Assembly: GCF_964355755.1 (NCBI RefSeq)
Contig: NC_092678.1
Location: 4,666,422-4,730,421, forward strand
Direction: 5' to 3'
DNA: 64,000 bases
Source of the DNA: Antedon mediterranea
Lineage: Eukaryota; Animalia; Echinodermata
Positions 55,101 to 64,000 of this stretch are shown piece after piece. Below the pieces are notes generated by a model, which saw only the letters and a program-made list of their open reading frames with translations, searched no databases and was not told the DNA's origin. Both the position numbers and the translations under genes were made by a program. Within the stretch, counting starts at the first letter, position 1. Each line of letters begins with the position of its first letter.

Positions 55101-56908
55101 TTACTGTTATGTATCAATATTACTATACATATTACAGTACACTGTACATTGCTGTTATGTATCAATATTACTATACATCTTACAGTACACTGTACATTAC
55201 TGTTATGTATCAATATTACTATACATATTACAGTACACAGTACATTACTGTTATGTATCAATATTACTATACATCTTACAGTACACAGTACATTACTGTT
55301 ATGTATCAATATTACTATACATCTTACAGTACACTGTACATTACTGTTATGTATCAATATTACTATACATCTTACAGTACACTGTACATTACTGTTATGT
55401 ATCAATATTACTATACATCTTACAGTACACTGTACATTACTGTTATGTATCAATATTACTATACATCTTACAGTACACTGTACATTACTGTTATGTATCA
55501 ATATTACTATACATCTTACAGTACACTGTACATTGCTGTTATGTATCAATATTACTATACATATTACAGTACACTGTACATTACTGTTATGTATCAATAT
55601 TACTATACATCTTACAGTACACTGTACATTACTGTTATGTATCAATATTACTATACATCTTACAGTACACTGTACATTGCTGTTATGTATCAATATTACT
55701 ATACATCTTACAGTACACTGTACATTACTGTTATGTATCAATATTACTATACATCTTACAGTACACTGTACATTGCTGTTATGTATCAATATTACTATAC
55801 ATCTTACAGTACACAGTACATTACTGTTATGTATCAATATTACTATACATATTACAGTACACAGTACATTACTGTTATGTATCAATATTACTATACATCT
55901 TACAGTACACTGTACATTACTGTTATGTATCAATATTACTATACATATTACAGTACACAGTACATTACTGTTATGTATCAATATTACTATACATCTTACA
56001 GTACACTGTACATTACTGTTATGTATCAATATTACTATACATCTTACAGTACACAGTACATTACTGTTATGTATCAATATTACTATACATCTTACAGTAC
56101 ACTGTACATTACTGTTTTGTATCAATATTACTATACATCTTACAGTACACTGTACATTACTGTTATGTATCAATATTACTATACATCTTACAGTACACTG
56201 TACATTACTGTTATGTATCAATATTACTATACATCTTACAGTACACTGTACATTGCTGTTATGTATCAATATTACTATACATATTACAGTACACTGTACA
56301 TTACTGTTATGTATCAATATTACTATACATCTTACAGTACACTGTACATTACTGTTATGTATCAATATTACTATACATCTTACAGTACACTGTACATTGC
56401 TGTTATGTATCAATATTACTATACATATTACAGTACACAGTACATTACTGTTATGTATCAATATTACTATACATATTACAGTACACAGTACATTACTGTT
56501 ATGTATCAATATTACTATACATCTTACAGTACACTGTACATTACTGTTATGTATCAATATTACTATACATATTACAGTACACTGTACATTACTGTTATGT
56601 ATCAATATTACTATACATATTACAGTACACTGTACATTGCTGTTATGTATCAATATTACTATACATATTACAGTACACTGTACATTGCTGTTATGTATCA
56701 ATATTACTATACATATTACAGTACACTGTACATTACTGTTATGTATCAATATTACTATACATCTTACAGTACACTGTACATTGCTGTTATGTATCAATAT
56801 TACTATACACATTACAGTACACTGTACATTACTGTTATGTATCAATATTACTATACATCTTACAGTACACAGTACATTACTGTTATGTATCAATATTACT
56901 ATACATCT
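52148..56908. repeat. 48-bp satellite (TACAGTACACTGTACATTACTGTTATGTATCAATATTACTATACATCT), ~99 copies
   Basis: Near-perfect tandem array with no indels seen. It explains the four ~1600-aa ORFs. Confidence 0.98.
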
Positions 56909-56981
56909 TTCAACTAACTACCCTTAAACCTCTACCAATAGAACTATTATATTGTAATTTAATCTTATAAATTAACATCAT

Positions 56982-57082
56982 CAAATGGCACAAAGTGTCT
57001 AAATGTCACAAAGTGTCTAAATGTCACAAAGTGTCTAAATGTCACATATTGTCTAAATGTCACAAAGTGTCTAAATGTCACC
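56982..57082. repeat. 18-bp minisatellite (AAATGTCACAAAGTGTCT) x5-6
   Basis: Direct tandem copies. Confidence 0.9.
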
Positions 57083-57697
57083 AAATAGCCAGTGTTGTAG
57101 GGGACCTGTTGTAGTATCATGGTCTTGAAATGTTTCAATAATTTTATACTTGCTGGTACACATTGTTTAATTGTACAGTTTCTTGCCATCAATATAAAAT
57201 TATTATTAGTGGTAATTGAATCTTAGAAATCATAACATTCTAGGAAATTTCATATCCTATCATAGAATATTATAATGACCTATAATACTGATTCTCACTA
57301 GAGCTACAGTACCAGCTTTGGATACACATTAAGTTTACCTATGTGTATCTGTAACCACAGTTGTTAAAGTTTATCTCTGAGGTATACTGTAATGCGCATT
57401 GGCAAAGTTTTTTAACAAGTCACTAAATTGTACTGATGAAACTGGATTTAGCCAACTTATCACAGGTAAATGTTTATTTTATTTATTTGGATATCTTATA
57501 TTCTTAGGTGGTTTAGGTGCATGCTATGCTGCTTTCAAAACTCGCCTGTTAACTTTTAAAAGTGTTCCGGCATTTTATTTTTACTGTCAAGCGCATTGAG
57601 GTTTTAAAAATAATGCACTATGTAATCTAAATAAATTATCATTATTAAATGAATAATGTTAAAGTCTAATGGTTGTTTTATATATTTTCTTACAGAT

Positions 57698-57915
57698 ATG
57701 CAAGATAACTCAGATTTAAATTTTGATTTTTCCAGTACTTTTTATGAGCGATGGATTGAACCCAAGCATTATTACTTTATGGGATTGAGAATAAGCCTAA
57801 TTAGTACTTATCTCACATATATCATTACAGTTGCAGGAATGTTAGAAAACCTGTTAATAATTTTGGTTATCTGCTGTAATCAACAACTAAGAAAGAAATC
57901 TAATGTTTTGCTTGT
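57698..57915 (+). pseudogene. GPCR paralog disrupted at TM2 by LTR retrotransposon insertion
   Basis: Same tacagatATG start context. TYIITVAGMLENLLIILVICCNQQLRKKSNVLLV aligns to the intact gene and stops abruptly at the LTR start (TGTCA, 57916). Confidence 0.88.
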
Positions 57916-58337
57916 TGTCATATTATTTATGTTCTGATTCCCTGTGTTTAGATAAGAATGCTTTAGACCAGGTCCGCCTAATATTATTAGCTAATCAAAA
58001 TCGTATAACTTTGGAGGGAAAATGTTATCCTCCTCTGAAGCCTGAAATTTGCATGTCCAGTATAAAAGTAGAATGTAATAGATATTAGAAGAGAAGAGAG
58101 AATAAGATCAGAGTAGATAAACGAGAAGAAAGAATAAGATCAGAGTAGATAAACGGAAAGATGATAAAGAACATAAGGCTTGACTGGTAGAAAGATGTAT
58201 TAATCCAGTTACAAGGAATAAAAGTTCTTGTTGAGTAAAATATACTTTTGTATGAGTTATCATTCTGTGACAGTGTACGTCGCGTGAATATATATATACG
58301 CCTGAGAAAGCTCGGAACCAACTATATATTCACTACA
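57916..58337 (+). repeat. 5' LTR (422 bp, TGT...ACA)
   Basis: TG/CA termini, TATAAAA at 58061, AATAAA at 58217. Followed immediately by PBS TGGTGGCAGCGGTG (58338-58351), complementary to the 3' end of tRNA-Leu. Confidence 0.85.
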
Positions 58338-58750
58338 TGGTGGCAGCGGTGAAAATTTTTGTTTATGATACATGATTTAAGTATCAAGAAGAAGAAGAAG
58401 AAGAAGTGACAGTGACTACTCTACGGGCCTGTTAAATCAGTAACCAAAAAGTTAAATGGTTACGAAGATCTGGATTCCTGACAGTTTTTATACCGTTGTT
58501 TGGATATTACAACGAAGAAGAAGTACTGTTGAGCTCAAGACTGCTGGATATTCATCGGAGATATATATTCACCGAGATCTGAGAGAAGAAGACTGAAGTA
58601 ACAGAAGGAAGCCCAGTAAATTTTGAGAAGATTTGCAAAGCTGACTTTGTAAACTATTTTTGAAAGGAACGTTGTTTGTGACTTTGAAGTAAATTAATTT
58701 CTTATATTGTATTGCATTAAAATATTTATGTGGATTTCATATTTTTAAAT

Positions 58751-59480
58751 ATAGTCATAGTCATAGTCATATATACTTTATTGTCCATTTAAAAAACAGA
58801 AATGTGATTTGAAAACTGGCAAAATACAAAAATATAAAATACAATTTACAAAAACACACACAAAAAGTTAAGAGGCTAAAAATTGTTAAAATTAGATAAA
58901 AATTATTATTATTTAATTATATTATATGATTTATTATTATATTGAACTAACGATGATTTAAAGTTTATATAAAAGCATTAAAAATACATGCGTGAGCTAT
59001 AAAAATAAACAAAAGCGGTTACATTTTACCTTTGTACTCTGGAGTTATATAAGTGTATAGCATTAGGTACAAACGAGCACCTAAACCGTTTTGTTTTGGT
59101 ATTAAGTGCACGTAGTCTCTTATGCCAGAATTCATGAGAGCAAATTGTTTGTGAAGAGGATGTGTTTTATCATCAATGATACTTTTTACTTTTTTTAACA
59201 CATTTTCTTTATACAAGGATTCAACATCAGGTAAGCATGCTCTCCTACTAGTCTAATTGCTCTATTTCCTATTCGATTAAGTTTAATTTTATCTTTTTGC
59301 ATTGTATTACCATAAAAACAAACATTACAAAAAAGTATTACACTGAGAATTACAGAGTTATAAAACAATTTAAGTATAGTTTTGTCAATTTGTAGGTACT
59401 TCATTTTTCTTAAAATAAACATCCTTTGGTTGGCTTTGCATGTGGCTTTATTTACATTATTTATCCAATTTATATCTGAA
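58751..59480 (-). mobile_element. 5'-truncated Rex1/Babar-like LINE nested in the LTR element leader
   Basis: KANQRMFILRKMK...LFYNSVILSVILF...FYGN and DKTHPLH motifs; AATAAA plus (ATGACT)n tail on the minus strand. Confidence 0.75.
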
Positions 59481-59562
59481 TGGAATACAAATACTTTTAT
59501 AACATATTTTGTACACATAAGTTTACATATTTCATTAGTAAAATCGTTATTAGCATTATAGC

Positions 59563-60790
59563 ATGACAACTTTAAGATCGGGTAAAAATATAGATAAGAC
59601 TATGTCAGAAAAAGATACTAGGGAAGATATGGTTGACCAAGAAGAGGTTGACCAAGTCAATGAAATATATGATAAAATGGCTAGGGATATTGATTTGCCC
59701 GAAATACCTACTTTGAAGGAACCCGGCGGTATGCCTAAAGATATGATGCTCGAATATTTTCGAATGAAGTTCGAGGCCGAAAACAAAAAGTTAGAATTAC
59801 AATACCAACAAGACCAATTCAGATTAGAAGCAGATATAAAGCAAAGAAAAATTGAATCACAAGAAAGAGTGAAAATGATGGAATTAGAAAATAGGTCTAG
59901 CTACAGTAATGCTAGGAATATAGTAGATGAAATGAAGGTAAAGGTTCCTACTTTGAAGGAATCAGATGATATTGATATATATTTTAGAACATTTGAACAC
60001 TTGGCAGAAGCCACAGGTTGGGATAAGAATACGTGGGCCGCTAGGTTAGCACCTGAACTGTCTGGTAAAGCTAGGACAGCCTATGCATCCTTAACCGTAA
60101 AAGAATGTGTAGATTATGATACCTTAAAGAAGGCAATCTTAGAAAAGTATGATGTGTCCGCAGAGACCTACAGACTTAAATTTAGAAATTCAAACAGAGT
60201 TAAAGATATGTCCATCAGGGAATGGCTGAATGAGCTCTCCCATTATTTAAAATGTTGGATGAAATGTGCTAATGTAAAAGAAGATGATGCTGCAGGCATT
60301 ATTGAAATGATTATAATGGAACAGGCACTTGATAAAATGCCTGAAGATCTGAGGCTTTATCTTAGAGATAAACAAGTAAATAAGAGCTATGATATGGCTA
60401 TGATAGCCGATGATTATATAGCTAATAGAGGTGGCCGTGGCTATTGGAATGCCGTAAATTCTGAAAATAAGCCTACGTATTATAAGGGCCAAGAAAATAG
60501 TAAACCTAAGAATAGTACGACTCAGAATAACCCTGGAGCTAGGCAGCAAGGATACAATTAGGTATCGCGGAAGGGGAGGCAAATTCCATAACTATGGTAG
60601 AAATTTCCAACAGAGAGAACCTTCAAATGAATGGATTAATGGCCTATGCTTTAATTGTAAGGAGAAGGGACATAAAATAGGGGATTGTCCTAAGATGGTA
60701 GCAAAAGGAAAGACTAGTGACACTAAGAAGGGCCCGAATGTGAAAGATGGCTTAAGATGTGAAGGAATAAATCAGATAGACCCCAAGTAG
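59563..60790 (+). pseudogene. gag with SCAN-like capsid domain and frameshifted CCHC knuckle
   Basis: DDIDIYFRTFE, AETYRLKFR...W...IIMEQALDKMP. CFNCKEKGHKIGDC (~60647-60690) is in a shifted frame after the TAG ending at 60561. Confidence 0.85.
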
Positions 60791-60792
60791 TT

Positions 60793-63700
60793 ATGGATAC
60801 TGTAGAAAATAAAATGGAGAAGTGTACAATACCAGGAAAATTAGAAGGACAGGATATAACTATGCTGAGAGACTCGGGATGTACCCAGTCAGCTGTTAAG
60901 GAAAGTCTAGTGCCTAACAAATGTTACTTGCCAGGAAAATGGGTTACGTTAAGAGGTATAGGAGGCGATATTACCGTCCCCTTAGCTAAGGTAGCTATAG
61001 AAAGTAAGATAGTGACAGGAAAAGTGATTGTAGCCGTAATCGAAGGATTACAGAGGGACGTGTTATTAGGTCATGATTTGGACCAGAATTGTGGGGAAAC
61101 AATGGCTAAAGAAATGTTCGTCCTAACTAGGGAGCGAGCCAGAATAGAAAATGATGTTAGAATACAAGACGAAATGATATTGTTAGGGAAAGATAGTAAC
61201 TTTAAGCCGATAGAAGAGCCGCCTAAAGAAACTAATGTACAATTGTTGAAAACAGTAGTAAATGAAAGTAAATAAAACTAAGTGTTTAGATGATATGAAT
61301 GGAACAGAAATTAATAATTTGTTTGACGAAAATGAGGATAAAGCTAAAGATAAAACAGTCAAACGTAAAAACTTATGAACAACAGCACAAGCTGAACCTA
61401 ACTAAACAAGAACTGATCAAATTGCAAACTAAGGATGACTCACTCAAAGGAGTGTTTGACAGGGTAGTCCCTATAGAAGAAATAGGTCAGCATAGGGTAT
61501 GTTTCTTTATGAGACAAGGTATATTGATGAGAAATTGGAGTAGTATTAAAGATAAGAATAACCGAGTGGAACAGATTGTATTACCCACTCAGTGTAGACA
61601 GGGTGTATTACACTTAGGTCATAATGTGCCATTTGCAGGTCACATGGGTGTTGAGAAAACTAAAAGTAGGGTCCTGAACCAATTCTATTGGCCAGGTATA
61701 TTTAAAGATGTGGTAGTCTATTGTAAAGTCTGTAAGGAATGCCAAAAGGTAGATAAGGGTAAAAGTAAAAGGAAACATACTTTGATACCATTACCGATTA
61801 TAAGTACACCATTTAAACGTATAGCGATAGACATTGTTGGACCCTTATCTAGAACAAGCTGTAATAACAAATATATGCTTACTATAATTGACTATGCTAC
61901 GAGATATCCGGATGCTATCCCGTTACCCAATGTTAGAGCTGAAACAGTAGCCAGGGCTCTAATAGAAGTCTTTACTAGAGTAGGATTACCCGAAGAGATT
62001 GTACATGATCAGGGAACTAATTTCATGTCTTCAATTATGCAATCTATATGTAGTATGTTGGGGATTAATCAATTAAAGACTACAGTGTACCACCCCCAAA
62101 GCAATGGGCTTGTTGAAAGATTTCACGGTACATTGAAAAATATGATAAGGAAACTTACAGTTAAGCAAAGAAAAAATTGGGATAACTACATACCCCCCTT
62201 TCTGTTTGCTTACAGAGAAGTTCCTAGTAAAGCGACGGGCCATTCACCTTTTAAATTGCTTTATGGTAGAGAGGTGAGGGGACCCTTGAGTTTACTCAAA
62301 AGTAATTGGGTAGAAGATGAAGAAACATCTACTGATGTTAGCAAATACATGTTGGACATAAGAGAAAAAATGGAGGAATTAATGAAAGATGCTAATGTAA
62401 ACAAACTTGAACAACAAGAAATTATGTCCCACAATTATAACAAGAATAACAAGAATGCTATTGATAGAGAATTTGTAGAAGGGGACAAAGTGTTGATATT
62501 CCTTCCAGTAGGAAATAGTAAGTTAGACAGTAAATGGCAAGGCCCCTTCACTGTTACAAAAAAGGTCAATGATGTAAATTATGAAATATACATAGGAGGT
62601 AGAAGAAAAGAAAAACAAATTCTACATGTTAATATGTTAAAGAGATGGTATGATAAAGTAGAAATAAGTAAAGATGGTTATTATGTAGTAACAAATGTCC
62701 AGTTGATAGAAGAAGTAGACTTAAATGAAACAGTCCATGACAATAAGTTAGATAGTGAAATAGACATAGGATTGTCTTATCATCAATCACAAACATGGAG
62801 AGATGTTAACGTTGGTAGTAATTTAAATGATACACAAACTAAACAATTAACAGAATTGTTAAAGTACCAACAGAATGTATTCTCGGATGTACCAGGTAGA
62901 ACTCACTTAGTGACACATGAAATTAAGACTAATGGTGAAATGCCTATAAGGCATAGGGCATATAGAACGCCCCCAAGCATTAAAGGGTAAATTGAAAGAG
63001 GAATTAGATAGTATGTTGGCTATGGGTATAATAGAACCTACAGTTAGTGCCTATGCTGCACCTATTATTGCCCTGAAGAAAGGCCAGAATCAAATTAGAA
63101 TGGTGACAGATTTTAGATCACTAAATAAGACTACACAATTTGACCCTTATGTTATGCCTCGCATAGACGAAATGTTGGATGAGGCATCATCCGCAATATA
63201 CATAACTACGTTAGATCTAACTAAAGGATTTTACCAGGTGCCTCTGGATCCTAAGACCAAAGACAAATCAGCATTTATTACACAATTTGGACAGTATTGT
63301 TACAATGTACTTCCATTTGGTATGCAAAATAGCTCTAGTACTTTCCAAAGATTAATGGATATGGTATTACAAGGTACTGAGGGATATGCTAAGGCATATA
63401 TAGATGACATATGTATTTATAGTCAAACTTGGAAAGATCATATTTTTCATTTGAATGATGTATTAGAAAGATTAAGTAGTGCTGGATTGACAGCAAAGCC
63501 TTTGAAATGTAAAATTGCCTATGCACAGGTAGAATTTCTGGGGCATAAGATTGGTAATGGAGAAATTAGACCCATGATTGATAAGGTTGAGGCTTTGGAA
63601 AAGTTCCCCAGACCTTTGTCTAAGAAACAAGTCCGATCATTTCTCGGATTAACTGGCTATTAGTATTACAGAAAATTTGTACAGAACTATGCCGATATTG

Positions 63701-64000
63701 CTAAACCATTGATTGATTTAACTTTAAAGAGTAAAAGTAATACCGTTAAGTGGAATGAACAATGTGAAAATGCCTTTGTAACTTTAAAGAAACGACTTAC
63801 TGATGATAATGTATTAAAATCCCCAAATTTTGATAAGATGTTTATATTGCAAACCGATGCCTCAAATTATGGCATAGGTGCAGTGCTGAGCCAAATAGAT
63901 GGTGAGGGTAATGATTATCCCATTGTGTATTTAAGTAGAAAGTTATCTGTACTGTACATGAGCAGAGATATTCTGTGCCAGAAAAAGAGTGCCTCTCTAT
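60793..64000 (+). pseudogene. pol: protease (60793-61275), integrase (61299-62990), RT (62992-63663), RNase H (to window end)
   Basis: LRDSGC; H..PFAGH..C..C, IAIDIVG, VHDQG, LVERF; LDLTKGFYQV, LPFG, YIDD; QTDAS. Broken by stops. Confidence 0.9.

Larger units (their letters stand above)
57916..64000 (+). mobile_element. Gmr1-clade Ty3/Gypsy LTR retrotransposon (gag-PR-IN-RT-RH order), degenerate, runs off the window end
   Basis: 5' LTR 57916-58337, tRNA-Leu PBS, SCAN-like gag, CCHC knuckle, DSG protease, HHCC+DDE integrase upstream of a Gypsy-type RT (YIDD) and RNase H (FILQTDAS). Several stops and frameshifts. Confidence 0.93.

Noticed and set aside
51979-56970. Four ~1600-aa ORFs
   Set aside because: They are translations of a 48-bp stop-free satellite in several frames and on both strands, with no domain or unique sequence.
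60559-63663. Programmed readthrough or frameshift in the Gmr1 element
   Set aside because: Several scattered stops and frameshifts, including within the RT-RNase H region, indicate decay rather than a single recoding site.

Overview
AT-rich metazoan genomic DNA with GT-AG introns, probably from a marine invertebrate deuterostome; the taxon is an inference. The first 7.6 kb is a compact housekeeping cluster: the last coding exon of PXK (poly-Pro plus WH2), PDHB (8 exons, minus strand) and SLC25A3 (7 exons, plus strand). PDHB and SLC25A3 share a 363-bp bidirectional promoter. An orphan BAP1-like first exon lies at 9899-9959. The rest is dominated by repeats: at least eight unrelated satellites, MITEs, Helentron-type HINEs, LINE fragments (L2, CR1, RTE, Rex1/Babar, L1/Tx1) and two decayed Gypsy elements. 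There is also a tandem class A GPCR cluster with one intact gene and a paralog split by a Gmr1-type (integrase-before-RT, SCAN-gag) LTR retrotransposon. Three signals are most unusual. (1) A 22-copy 158-bp array of tRNA-derived Pol III promoter units, apparently amplified from a convergent tDNA-pair module. (2) A near-intact tRNA-like cloverleaf between ~100-bp direct repeats. (3) CTAG/GGCC palindrome patches concentrated just downstream of first exons. All coordinates were read by eye, and no database searches were run.
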